A DNA stretch of 42,823 nucleotides from Candidatus Krumholzibacteriota bacterium (GCA_039714075.1 JBDLKA010000022.1:1-42823), one strand, 5' to 3'. Positions 18,718 through 28,444 are shown, numbered from the stretch's first letter. Notes: generated from the sequence alone by a model not told the origin. Numbers and translations: made by a program.

Positions 18718-19101
18718 TCACTCGCCACCCTCCAGGACCACGGTGGCGGCCGCGAGATCCCGGGTGTGGGTCAAACTCACAAAAACACGGCGGACACCCA
18801 GGGCATCCGCCATCTCTTTCGCGCGGCCGTGCAGTCTGACGACCGGCCGCCCATCCTGTTCATTCGTGATTTCGATGTCCCGCCAGAAGGAGCCTGCCCC
18901 GTGCGCCCCGGCCAGGGCCTTGATGATCGCTTCCTTGGCTGCGAAACGGGCGGCGAAATGTTCGGCGGGGTGATGTTTGGTCCTGCAGTAGGCAATCTCG
19001 CCGAGTAGAAAGACCTCGGCGACAAAATCGTCCGCCGGAGCCTGAACCTTGGCCCGCATGCGCGACACTTCGCAGAGATCGATGCCCGTCCCGAGGATCA
19101 T
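18718..19101 (-). CDS. acpS: Holo-[acyl-carrier-protein] synthase (4'-phosphopantetheinyl transferase)
   Basis: GTGIDL, FAARFAAKEAIIKAL, WRDIEI, GRP, VSLTH. Confidence 0.93.
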   Translation of the reverse strand: MILGTGIDLCEVSRMRAKVQAPADDFVAEVFLLGEIAYCRTKHHPAEHFAARFAAKEAIIKALAGAHGAGSFWRDIEITNEQDGRPVVRLHGRAKEMADALGVRRVFVSLTHTRDLAAATVVLEGGE

Positions 19102-19313
19102 AGGCCCTTGCCCCGCCCACCACTTAAGAAAACGATCCTGATCCTGTTAATTTTTCGACAATTCAAATATAGTCAATTTTCGGGGAATTCAAGGAGCATT
19201 TTCCGCGAAAACAAAGGGTTGCGCTTCCGGGGCCTTGTGACGTTCTTCAAACGACAATCATCCTCATTAGGCAGGACGATATCCCCGTCTCCGACCCTGG
19301 ACTGGACCCCCCA

Positions 19314-20249
19314 TTGAACGCTGCTTCCCCCTACTTCGGCGAGAGCATGGCCATCCTGGCCGCCCTGATCTTTTCCTGGACCAGCGTCTTTTTCACCACC
19401 GCCGGGCAGAGGCTGGGCGTGACCACCGTCAACCTGCTGCGTCTGCCGGGCGCGGCCCTGTGTCTGGGCTCCATGCACCTGTTCCTGTACGGGAGCATCT
19501 GGCCCCCGGGTGTGGCCTGGCAGGACCAGATGTGGATCGGGTTGAGCGGCGTCGCCGGCCTCGCCGTCGGCGATTCGGCCCTGTTCAAGGCCTTCACCCT
19601 GGTCGGTCCCCGTCGCAGCATGACCATGATGGCCCTGGCTCCGGTCTACACGACCGTCATCGCCTGGGGATTGCTCGGCGAGCACCTGAACCTGTGGGCC
19701 ATTTCGGGGATCGTCGTGATCATCGCCGGGGTGATGACCGCCACGGTGGGCAAGGGCAATGGCACCGGCGAATTCGGTGACTTGCCCCGCAAGGTGTTCA
19801 GGACAGGGCTGCTGCTCGCGCTGATCGGATCGCTGGGCCAAGGCGTCGGCAGCGTCCTGGCCAAGCTGGGCATGACCGGCGCCACGGCGGGCAGCGGGGG
19901 CGTCGAACCGCTGGGGGCGACTCTTATCCGCCTGACCTGGGCCACCGCCTTCTACTGGCTGGCCGTCCTGCCCAGGCTCGATGTCCGCGGCACCCTGCGG
20001 GGCCTACGCGACCGGCGCGGCGTCACGGCGCTGACCGTGGCGATCATCATGGGTCCGTTCGTTTCGGTGTGGATTTCCCTGGTGGCCCTCAAGAACACCG
20101 AAGCGGGCATCGCTCAGGTGCTGCTGGGCATGGTGCCGATCTTCGTGGTCGTCCCGGCCTGGCTGGTGTACCGCGACCGGCCCTCGCCGCTGAGCCTGTT
20201 CGGCATCGCGATTGCCGTGGGTGGCGGCGCGCTGCTTTTCCTGCGTTGA
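19314..20249 (+). CDS. DMT/EamA family transporter
   Basis: About 10 TM helices in two repeats, LGEHL motif; start TTG 19314 or ATG 19347. Confidence 0.88.
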   Translation: MNAASPYFGESMAILAALIFSWTSVFFTTAGQRLGVTTVNLLRLPGAALCLGSMHLFLYGSIWPPGVAWQDQMWIGLSGVAGLAVGDSALFKAFTLVGPRRSMTMMALAPVYTTVIAWGLLGEHLNLWAISGIVVIIAGVMTATVGKGNGTGEFGDLPRKVFRTGLLLALIGSLGQGVGSVLAKLGMTGATAGSGGVEPLGATLIRLTWATAFYWLAVLPRLDVRGTLRGLRDRRGVTALTVAIIMGPFVSVWISLVALKNTEAGIAQVLLGMVPIFVVVPAWLVYRDRPSPLSLFGIAIAVGGGALLFLR

Positions 20250-20257
20250 ACCGGCCT

Positions 20258-21556
20258 CTACCCCAACGCCGCCAACACGATTTCCAGGACCGAGAAAACC
20301 CCCACGAACCACATGACCGGATGGATGGCGCGGGCCCGGCCGGCGGCGACCGAGGCAATGATGTGCGCCACGAAACCGAACGCCAGCCCCATGCTGATGC
20401 TCGAGGTCAGGGGCATCAGGACAATGGTCAGGAAGGCCGGCGCCCCGAGTTCGAAGGAGCGGAAGTCGATCACCGCCACGTTGCGGAACATGAACACCCC
20501 GACGACGATCAGGGCGGGCGCCGTAGCGAAGGCCGGCACCATCCCGATCAAGGGCGTGAACAGGAGGGCCACCAGGAACAGGCCCGCGGTCACCACGTTG
20601 GCCAGTCCGGTGCGCGCGCCCGCGGCGATTCCGGCGCCGCTTTCGATGTAGGTCGTCGTGGTGCTGGTGCCCAGCAGGGCCCCCGCGATGGTGGAGATCG
20701 CGTCGGCTTCGAGCACGCGGTCGAGTTTGGCGATGGTCCCGTCCTCGGCCACCAGGTCGGCCTCGTAGGAACACGCGACGATCGTGCCCACCGAGTCGAA
20801 AAGATCGACGAACATGAACGAGAAGATCGCCCCCCACATCCCCCATTGCAGGGCTCCGCCGAGATCCATCCGGAACAGGACCGGAGCCAGGGACGGGGGC
20901 GGCGACATCACCGCGTCCGGCCAGCCCACCTGCCCGCAGACCATCCCGAGCAGGGTGGTGGTCAGGATGCCCAGCAGGATCGAACCCCGGACGCCGCGGA
21001 TTTCCAGAACGATGATGACCAGTAATCCCGCCAGACCCAGCAGAACCGGGACGCCCAGCGGCCCCAGGGCCACCAGCGTGGCGGGATCGTCGACGATCAG
21101 CCCGAGGTTACGCAGACCGATGAATGTGATGAACAGACCGATTCCCGCGGCGATGGCCAGGCGCAGGTTCACCGGAATGGCCGCCACGACGTATTTGCGG
21201 ACCCCCAGCAGGGTGAGGGCCAGGAAGGCGATCCCCGAGATGAAGACCACCCCCAGGGCCGTCTGCCAGGAAACCTGACGGCCCAGGACCAGGCTGTAGG
21301 CGAAAAACGCGTTCAACCCCATACCGGGTGCCATGGCGAACGGAACGTTGGCCCACAGGCCCGCCAGCAGGGTGCCGAAGGCCGCCGCCAGGATGGTGGC
21401 CGTGATGACCGCACCTGTATCCATACCTGCGGCGCCGAGGATGTTGGGATTGACGAAAATGATATAGGCCATGGTCAGGAAGGTGGTGACACCCGCGGCT
21501 GTTTCGCGCGAAACGTTGGTGTCGTGGTCCCGGAGTTTGAAGATCCGTTCCAGCAT
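20258..21556 (-). CDS. NCS2/AzgA-type nucleobase (purine) permease
   Basis: TTFLTMAYIIFVNP, APGMGLNAFF, DLFDSVGT, TTYIESGAG, GARTGL, ATAPALIVVG; ATG 21556. Confidence 0.93.
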   Translation of the reverse strand: MLERIFKLRDHDTNVSRETAAGVTTFLTMAYIIFVNPNILGAAGMDTGAVITATILAAAFGTLLAGLWANVPFAMAPGMGLNAFFAYSLVLGRQVSWQTALGVVFISGIAFLALTLLGVRKYVVAAIPVNLRLAIAAGIGLFITFIGLRNLGLIVDDPATLVALGPLGVPVLLGLAGLLVIIVLEIRGVRGSILLGILTTTLLGMVCGQVGWPDAVMSPPPSLAPVLFRMDLGGALQWGMWGAIFSFMFVDLFDSVGTIVACSYEADLVAEDGTIAKLDRVLEADAISTIAGALLGTSTTTTYIESGAGIAAGARTGLANVVTAGLFLVALLFTPLIGMVPAFATAPALIVVGVFMFRNVAVIDFRSFELGAPAFLTIVLMPLTSSISMGLAFGFVAHIIASVAAGRARAIHPVMWFVGVFSVLEIVLAALG

Positions 21557-21627
21557 GAAGCCGCCTTTGGCCCGAGGGACTGCCGCGAGGGAAAGCGGTA
21601 CCACTTCCGCTGCGGGTACTATACGCT

Positions 21628-22881
21628 ATGGGGGCGGGAACCGGGATCTCAAATCTTCCACCGGCGGGACGGCAACCACCTTTGAAAACAGCCCTGAAAC
21701 CGATCCTCCTGAAAATCCTGTTGAGCCTGGGATCGCTGGTCTTCTTTTTCGCCGCCGCCGAAATGGTCGTGCGGGTCCTGGGAGAACAGGACGCCTCGGG
21801 GAACTTCTACTTCAAGAACCGGATCATCCATCCACACAGGATGCCCCTGAAGATGGTGGCCGACCGGGCCCGGGCCCTGCAGGAGTCCGACGATTCGATC
21901 GTCACCTACCACCAGGTCCTGGGCTGGGCCCCGCGTGCGGACGCCGAATCCGCCGACGGAATGTACCGCTACAACTCCCAGGGAATCCGCTCCCCCGTGC
22001 CGGCCTATGACGACCGGCCGGCCGCGGGCGTGTTTCGCATCGCTTTGTTCGGGGACTCCTTCACGCACGGGGACGATGTGCCCCATGAACACTCTTTCGG
22101 CGCGGTGCTGGAGCAGGAATTGAACAGTGCCGGAATCGCGGCCGAGGTCCTGAACTTCGGGGTCGGCGGGTACGGCATCGATCAGGCCATGCTCCGGTTC
22201 AAACAGCAGGGCGCCGCCTTCGCTCCCGACCTGGTGGTGCTCGGATTCCAGCCGGAGAATCTCAAACGGAATCTGAACCTCGTGCGCCCGCTCTACGATC
22301 CCCGCAGCGGCCTGCCGTTTTCCAAACCGCGTTTCATCCTCACCGAACATGGTCTCAGCCTGATCAACGTGCCGGCCCTGCCTCCGGAAAGGCTGGCCGA
22401 CACGCTGCGCGACTTCGAGGCCTGGGAACTGCGCCCCCACGAACACTTCTACGATCCCGCCGATTTCCAATCGTCCTGGTGGCAGGGCAGCCGGTTGCTG
22501 GCCACGGTGGTCGACCTGAAAACCGACCCCCGCAACGAATGGCTCCTGAAACGGATCATTTTCCGGGAACGAAGCGAGGAGCAGCAGCTGGGCTGGTCGG
22601 TGATCCAGGCCTTCGGGCAGGAAGCGGCCGCCGCCGGGTCGCGTTTCCTGATCGTCCATCTGCCCTCGCATCCCGAGATGGAACTCCACGCGGGCCTGGG
22701 CCGCTGGACCTACCAGACCTTCCTGGACGCCCTGGACGGCGAATTCGACGTCGTCCACCCCGAGGCGGCCCTGATCCGGGCCGCGGGTGACGGGGGCTTC
22801 GGGGAAATCTTCGCCGGGCACTACAACGAAAAAGGGAACCGGATCATCGCCGAGGCGCTGTTCACCCATCTCACCGAGTGA
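21628..22881 (+). CDS. SGNH/GDSL hydrolase-family protein with N-terminal membrane anchor
   Basis: YNSQGIR, FGDSFTHG, NFGVGGYGIDQ, C-terminal GHYNEKGN; start uncertain (possibly TTG 21682). Confidence 0.85.
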   Translation: MGAGTGISNLPPAGRQPPLKTALKPILLKILLSLGSLVFFFAAAEMVVRVLGEQDASGNFYFKNRIIHPHRMPLKMVADRARALQESDDSIVTYHQVLGWAPRADAESADGMYRYNSQGIRSPVPAYDDRPAAGVFRIALFGDSFTHGDDVPHEHSFGAVLEQELNSAGIAAEVLNFGVGGYGIDQAMLRFKQQGAAFAPDLVVLGFQPENLKRNLNLVRPLYDPRSGLPFSKPRFILTEHGLSLINVPALPPERLADTLRDFEAWELRPHEHFYDPADFQSSWWQGSRLLATVVDLKTDPRNEWLLKRIIFRERSEEQQLGWSVIQAFGQEAAAAGSRFLIVHLPSHPEMELHAGLGRWTYQTFLDALDGEFDVVHPEAALIRAAGDGGFGEIFAGHYNEKGNRIIAEALFTHLTE

Positions 22882-22902
22882 CAGCCCTTCCGGGGAGAAA
22901 TG

Positions 22903-22936
22903 AACAGGCCGGAAGCTGCGACGCTTCCGGCCTGTT
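22903..22936. terminator. Hairpin between convergent genes, probable terminator
   Basis: 14-bp perfect stem AACAGGCCGGAAGC / GCTTCCGGCCTGTT with loop TGCGAC. Confidence 0.7.
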
Positions 22937-22957
22937 ATTGCGGAGGGAAGGGTGGAA

Positions 22958-24673
22958 CTATTCGTCGCCCCCGCAGTCGGGAGTGACGGTGTAGCCCATG
23001 CCCTCTCTTTCGACAACTTCGCCGCCCGAGTTGTCGTGGGGCACGACAACCTTGAATTCGGCTTCGGTGCCGACACCGTTTTCGCCCGTGACCAGATAGT
23101 TGATCGTGTAGACCCGGCCCTGGCCGCCGCCCATGCGCTCGGCGCGCAGCATGACACCGTGGGGACAATCGATAACGATATCGTCCACGGTGTGGCCGTC
23201 ACCCTTGTGGTCCTCGGGTTCGTCACTGCTGACCGAAACAACCTGGACATCGGCAAGGTCGATGGTGTTGCCGCAGGCGTCCTCGGCCGTTTCGATGACC
23301 ATCTCCGGGGTGATGACGTGGTACTTGTGATTGGCCGGCCACAGGGCGATCGGTTCGTCACGGACCTCGACGATCGGCGCCCGCTGGTCGTCGAGCACGA
23401 CCACGGCCTGGCACAGCGAGGAATCGATGCCGTCGCTGACCATCAGATCGACCATCAGCGAGTCGGCGCACAGGGCGTCGCCCGTCAGGGTCAGCACGGG
23501 ATTGGCGGCGGTGGCGTCGTCGAGGGAACCACCCTCGAAGTCGACCGACCAGGCGAAGGTCAGGGTGTCGCCATCGGCATCCGAGGAAGCCGAGCCGTCC
23601 AGTTCGACCATCACCGTGTCGGCGTCGAAGGTCGCCAGGTAGGGACCGCCGGCGTCACATTCCGGAGCCGTGTTCAGCCAGGTCACCGTCACGGTATCAG
23701 CAAAGGCCTCGCCGGTGCCCGGATGGAGCGACGCCACCGCAATGACGTCGGTTCCGGCACCGCTGTCGCCGGTGAACGTGAAGGTGGCCACTCCTGTCGA
23801 ATCGGTGGTTACGACGGCCGGATCGGCGGCATTCGGGCCTTCGATGATGGTGAAATCGACGTCATGGCCCACCACGGGGAAAGCCTCGGCGTCTTCGCCC
23901 CGGAAAATCGTGGCGGTGACCGTGTGGTCCTCGCCCTGCATCAACTCGGCATTATCGGGCTCGACTTCCATCTCGACCACGAGCATGTATTTCAAGGCCT
24001 GGGCGCAGGCGCCCTCGAGGTTTTCCATGACCTTCTGGAAATAGCCGCCGGTTGCTTCGGCGCACCCTTCCAGCAAGGTATGGTGAGTGGGATTCTCCCG
24101 GTACAGAAGGGCCGAATTCATGACGCCCGCCGCCTGCACCGCCGCACAGGCATCGGCAATGGCGATCCCGTCGTCGGCCTCGCCGCTGCCGATCAGCAGG
24201 ATGTGCTGGTCATCGACCGCCTTGGCGGAAAGGACCGTCAGGGCGCCGGTGAGGGCACCGGCCAGATCGACACCGGTGGTCGGAACCAGGCGGTCGGTAA
24301 GCAGGCCGGTCAGGGCCGGCTCGATGATGCCCGTGAGGTTTTCCGGGGTTACCGGGACCAGGCCGTCAAGGGCCATGCCGATGGTATCGCCGTAGACCAA
24401 CGCCCCCACGGCAACCATGCCGTCCTGGGGAATCAGTTCGGGATTGGCGAGACAGGCCGTGAGCGAGGCCACGACATCGGCCAGTTCCTCTCCCGAAACG
24501 CTGTCGGAAACATCCACGCACAGAACGATTTCACTGGGCCCGATGGCCTTCGTCCCGGATGATCCGAAATCCATCTTCAAGGAAGTGGGAGAAGACTCTT
24601 GATCCTGGGAACAGCCAACCACCCCGAGCAGGATGATCCCTAGAAACAGAAAAACGTAACCGAATCTGGACAT
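22958..24673 (-). CDS. Lipoprotein with vWA domain, Ig-like/PKD-like domains and a WPxNHK C-terminal domain
   Basis: Lipobox VVG-C; MIDAS-like DVSDS; TTDSTGVATFTFTG (Big_1-like); LDGSASSDADGDTLTFAW (PKD-like); LWPANHK...LRAERMG; ATG 24673 after GGAGGG. Confidence 0.82.
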   Translation of the reverse strand: MSRFGYVFLFLGIILLGVVGCSQDQESSPTSLKMDFGSSGTKAIGPSEIVLCVDVSDSVSGEELADVVASLTACLANPELIPQDGMVAVGALVYGDTIGMALDGLVPVTPENLTGIIEPALTGLLTDRLVPTTGVDLAGALTGALTVLSAKAVDDQHILLIGSGEADDGIAIADACAAVQAAGVMNSALLYRENPTHHTLLEGCAEATGGYFQKVMENLEGACAQALKYMLVVEMEVEPDNAELMQGEDHTVTATIFRGEDAEAFPVVGHDVDFTIIEGPNAADPAVVTTDSTGVATFTFTGDSGAGTDVIAVASLHPGTGEAFADTVTVTWLNTAPECDAGGPYLATFDADTVMVELDGSASSDADGDTLTFAWSVDFEGGSLDDATAANPVLTLTGDALCADSLMVDLMVSDGIDSSLCQAVVVLDDQRAPIVEVRDEPIALWPANHKYHVITPEMVIETAEDACGNTIDLADVQVVSVSSDEPEDHKGDGHTVDDIVIDCPHGVMLRAERMGGGQGRVYTINYLVTGENGVGTEAEFKVVVPHDNSGGEVVEREGMGYTVTPDCGGDE

Positions 24674-24782
24674 GGCAAAACCCTCCACTTAAGACGCTTT
24701 AGAATGATGGATGGTGAAAATGGAAGGCAAAAAACAATGGTATAAACTCGGCAAACCCCACCTTCACCCCAAACCTGCGGAA

Positions 24783-24811
24783 ATCCTATCAATGGAGAGC
24801 AAAAATGTCAA
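24783..24811 (-). promoter_or_regulatory. Near-consensus sigma70-type promoter for the vWA lipoprotein
   Basis: Minus strand TTGACA, 17 nt, TAGGAT, with extended -10 TG (TGATAGGAT). Confidence 0.7.
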
Positions 24812-24945
24812 GCTTTGGATAATTTATTAATCATTTGCACAAAAAATATCAGATAACCGCCCCAAAAATAGACTTTCTGGAATAACGATCCCGTCATTAT
24901 TGCATATCTTATTTATACACAATAGATTGGCAAAAATTCCCGGCT

Positions 24946-27441
24946 CTATTTTCCGAAGAGTCCCTTGAGCTTTTTGTTCACCTCGTCCTTCAGGTCATCC
25001 TCCACCTGGTTCGAGAGCTGGGATTTCAGATTGTCGGTCAGCTCGCTGTAGTCCAGACCCATGGTGGGGCTGGTCAGGGTTCCGCCCACGCTCAGGGGCA
25101 GTCTCAGCCGCTCGGATTTATCCCCGAACAGATTGGCCACCGAACCCACCAGGCCTCCGCTCGCGTAAAGACGGGCCGTCTGATCCTTGGACAACAGGAT
25201 CGACCCCTGGTAATCCAGGTCCCCGGTAAAGCCGTAGGACCCGCCGAGAGAAACGTCGCCGAACGACCCGAGCCTGGTGGTGAATTTGTCCAGGCCCACC
25301 CGGCCGTCCTCCACCTTGATCAGGGTGGTCAAATCCTTCAGGGCCTGTTCCTTGTCCAGTTTCTGCCCCGCCTTGTCGGCCAGGGAACCGAGGGCCGAAT
25401 CCACGAATTCACCCGTGACGACCCTGCCGCTGAGCAGGGACGCCTGCGAATCCATGGTCAGGGTGCTCTTGATGCGCTCCGGATCCCGACCCCGGGCGTT
25501 GAAACTGCCGGTCATGCCCGCCTTGCCGAACACGACCCCGCCGGCGAACTCCGCAAACCGGGTAATGAAGTTGTCGGCTTCGATATCCGTCGCCTCGTAA
25601 ACACCGCTGTAGGCCGGATCGTTCAGGTTGTTCAGGTCGATGGCCACCTGCCCGTGGGCCTGGCCGCCGTACACGTTGGCGGTCACGTCGTAACTTTCCA
25701 GGATCCGGTCCTTCATCCTGATTTTGCCCGCGACCTCTGTGAAAGCCACCTGGCTGTAGATCAGGGTGTCGGCACTGATGGTGCCCTGGCACAACATGTC
25801 CGGAATGGCTTCCGCAGCCAGGGTGTCCTCCAGAACCGCGGCCTGGGCGGTGGGCGGCGCGGCGCCGGGTGTGGCGGCCGGAAACAGCTGGTCGATGTCG
25901 ATCCGGCGCGACCGCACATCAAACGTGAAGCTGGGTTTCGGCAGGTTGGCGCGATTGTCCTTTTCCTCCGGCAGGAAATAGGGCAGGTGATCCACCAGCT
26001 TGCCGGTCACCGCCAGGTCCCCCGCTCCGAAAACGGCTTCGATTTTTTCCAACGTGACCGAACCCGGATCGAAACTCACCGTCCCGTTCAACCGTTCCAG
26101 GGCGTCGGGCAGGACGGGATCACTGTAGGAAACATCCTTGAAGACGACCCGGCCGGCATAGTCCATCTCCTCCACGTTTTCCGTCCGGCCGGAAAACGTA
26201 GCCTCGAGATTGCAGCGGCCCGCCAGATCGGCCTTCTGTTCCGGGGGCAGGAAGGGCTTCATGAAAGCCAGGTCGAGGGAACCCGATACGGCTCCGTTCA
26301 CCTTGGGATCCTCGAAATCCTCCACCGTCAGGGTCAGTTCCAGCGGCTGGTCCGCAAAGGCGCCGCCTTCACTGGCCACCTTCAATTCGTCGGGTTTGAA
26401 ATCAACCCGGATTTCCGGGACCCGAAGTTCCCCGTCGATATCGCGGCTGGACGCCCGCAGCCCGGTGACCTTCGCCTGGCCCCCATACGCCAGGGGTTCG
26501 GTCCGGACCTGGTCGAAATCCAGGTCGACTATCAGTGACACCTCGCCCGCGATGGTGAAGGGTTCCAGCTGCGCGCGCTGTTCGGGTGTCAGGAAAGCAA
26601 AGAGATCGGTCAGGACGAGGCTTTCGGCCCGCACTTGGCCGTTGGCTCGCAGGCTGTCCGGCAGAGTGGTCAACTGGCCCGTGAAACTCAGTGGCAGACC
26701 GTTAATCAGCAGATCGCCCTGCGTCAGTTCGAGGACCTGTCCGTCGGCGGCGAATGAAAGATCGTAGTCCAACTCCGCGGACAACGGCGGCAGGGGCTGC
26801 TCCCCGACCACGAGAAGACTGTCCGCCCGCAACCCGCCCGCCGACCGGAACACGCCCGGCCGCGGATTCGTCAATCCCGCCCCCAGGTTCAGCCCGACCA
26901 GGTCAACTTTTTGACCGGTTGCTTCGTCGAGGTAGACCAGGCTGCCATCGTTGATCTCCAGGCGATCGAAACTGATCGCCACGTCGCTCTGGGCTGCTTG
27001 GTCTCCAGAATCCGCACCCTCCCCGGGACCCTCGGATTTACCCTGCATTTCGAAGGTGAAATTATCGGCGCCGTCGGCTTTCCGGACAAGGCGGACCCGC
27101 GGCTGTTCGATGACCAGGCGGTTGACCTGGAACTCGCCCTTGACCAAGGGGGAAAGCTGGAGTTTCAGATCGATGTTGGCGGCGGCCAGCAGGGGCTCGC
27201 CCGGGAATCCGGCGGGATTCGCAACCTCGACCTGCGCGAGCTCCACTCCCAGCCCGCCGGCAAACGACAGGCCGACATCCCCGACGGAAATTTCCCGGCC
27301 CAGCTTTTCGCTGGCCATGGTCACGGCCATGTCCCTGACCTTCTCGGCCGGGAAAAACACCCGCAGGCCGATCACGGCCACCAGGATCACACCGAGAATG
27401 ATCCCCAACGTCCAAACCAGTTTTCTGGGCATCTTTTTCAT
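24946..27441 (-). CDS. AsmA family protein
   Basis: N-terminal TM anchor, LGREISVGDVGLSF, LQLSPLVKG, RLEINDGSL; C-terminal GDLDYQGSI...LPLSVGGTLTSP; ends GLFGK; ATG 27441. Confidence 0.87.
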   Translation of the reverse strand: MKKMPRKLVWTLGIILGVILVAVIGLRVFFPAEKVRDMAVTMASEKLGREISVGDVGLSFAGGLGVELAQVEVANPAGFPGEPLLAAANIDLKLQLSPLVKGEFQVNRLVIEQPRVRLVRKADGADNFTFEMQGKSEGPGEGADSGDQAAQSDVAISFDRLEINDGSLVYLDEATGQKVDLVGLNLGAGLTNPRPGVFRSAGGLRADSLLVVGEQPLPPLSAELDYDLSFAADGQVLELTQGDLLINGLPLSFTGQLTTLPDSLRANGQVRAESLVLTDLFAFLTPEQRAQLEPFTIAGEVSLIVDLDFDQVRTEPLAYGGQAKVTGLRASSRDIDGELRVPEIRVDFKPDELKVASEGGAFADQPLELTLTVEDFEDPKVNGAVSGSLDLAFMKPFLPPEQKADLAGRCNLEATFSGRTENVEEMDYAGRVVFKDVSYSDPVLPDALERLNGTVSFDPGSVTLEKIEAVFGAGDLAVTGKLVDHLPYFLPEEKDNRANLPKPSFTFDVRSRRIDIDQLFPAATPGAAPPTAQAAVLEDTLAAEAIPDMLCQGTISADTLIYSQVAFTEVAGKIRMKDRILESYDVTANVYGGQAHGQVAIDLNNLNDPAYSGVYEATDIEADNFITRFAEFAGGVVFGKAGMTGSFNARGRDPERIKSTLTMDSQASLLSGRVVTGEFVDSALGSLADKAGQKLDKEQALKDLTTLIKVEDGRVGLDKFTTRLGSFGDVSLGGSYGFTGDLDYQGSILLSKDQTARLYASGGLVGSVANLFGDKSERLRLPLSVGGTLTSPTMGLDYSELTDNLKSQLSNQVEDDLKDEVNKKLKGLFGK

Positions 27442-27568
27442 GATTCGACCGTCCCGGGGATTAACCAGTTGGAATGGTTCCAGCCATGATGCTCGCCACC
27501 ACGGACTCCCTTTCCATCGCCTTCCCACTGTGGCACTTGAGACGAATCAAGTAAACACCGCATGGTAC

Positions 27569-27602
27569 AAAAATGCCCCGCCTCCGGTGGGAGGCGGGGC
27601 AT
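27569..27602 (-). terminator. Rho-independent terminator after the lamin-tail-like gene
   Basis: 13-bp stem ATGCCCCGCCTCC / GGAGGCGGGGCAT, 4-nt loop, followed by a T run on the minus strand. Confidence 0.8.
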
Positions 27603-27635
27603 CGCCGAATAAAGCGCCGAGTACGGCGGTAAGAT

Positions 27636-28322
27636 TTACCGGTACAGGGACTTCAGGCTGCCGAAGGAGGTCTCTTCGGTGGCCACGGTGCAGATATCCA
27701 CGTTGGTCATACCGGGAGTATCCAGGGCACAGAAGGTGAAATCTCCCGTTTTCCAGAAAGTGCCGCACCTGATGGCATGGGCGGGCACATAGGTGCCGTC
27801 CGGGCCCAGAGTGGTGTCGCAGTAGGTCAAATCACCCGAACCGACGGTCTCGATCAGGGCCAGGCAGTCGACGACTCCGGTCCAGATGGGATTGTCGATC
27901 ACGCCGTCGTCATCGGTATCGATGTCGTCGGCAACCGCACCGGTGAACCCGGTCACCAGCAGGTGGGTCACGTTGTCACTGTTCTCGAAGTTGAGGGCAT
28001 TGCTGAGAACGGTCAGATCAACGGCATCCTCGCAAGCGACAACCCAGAGATCCTCGGTTACCAGGAAATAACCGTCGGCGCCGATCACGTAACCGGTCAG
28101 GTCGAGGGCGGTTTCCACGGTACCGCTGCCGGTCGCGCCATCGCCGATGACCACGTAGGTCAGGCCGTCGAGGCTTTCACCGGGACTGCCGTAAAGTTCG
28201 AAGTACTCGTTGTAATCCGAGCCACCCTGGTCGATCCGAATTTCATTGATCACGGCAGCGCCGGCGATCATCGGAACGAGAGCGAGACAGAAGACGGTGA
28301 ACATCACCTTAGAAAATCGCAT
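27636..28322 (-). CDS. Secreted lamin-tail-domain-like protein with C-terminal 'SFGSLKSLYR' motif
   Basis: Signal peptide; VINEIRID...EYFELYG (LTD-like), DTPG end motif, tail TVATEETSFGSLKSLYR; SD AGGAGG. Confidence 0.8.
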   Translation of the reverse strand: MRFSKVMFTVFCLALVPMIAGAAVINEIRIDQGGSDYNEYFELYGSPGESLDGLTYVVIGDGATGSGTVETALDLTGYVIGADGYFLVTEDLWVVACEDAVDLTVLSNALNFENSDNVTHLLVTGFTGAVADDIDTDDDGVIDNPIWTGVVDCLALIETVGSGDLTYCDTTLGPDGTYVPAHAIRCGTFWKTGDFTFCALDTPGMTNVDICTVATEETSFGSLKSLYR

Positions 28323-28406
28323 GGGTACCCCTCCTAGGTAGGGTGTTGAGTGGAGTCAAACCAGGCTGGCGAATTCATGCAACTCAACGCAAAGCCCCCC
28401 CAAACA

Positions 28407-28444
28407 GGATGTTTCCGGATGTTTCCGGATGTTTCCGGATGTTT
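28407..28444. repeat. Tandem repeat (GGATGTTTCC) x3.8
   Basis: GGATGTTTCC at 28407, 28417 and 28427, plus GGATGTTT at 28437. Confidence 0.92.

Noticed and set aside
21557..21680. Purine riboswitch upstream of the NCS2 permease
   Set aside because: The region is short and I could not find the conserved aptamer core or an expression-platform terminator.
28407..28444. Possible CRISPR array
   Set aside because: Contiguous 10-bp units with no spacers and no cas genes.
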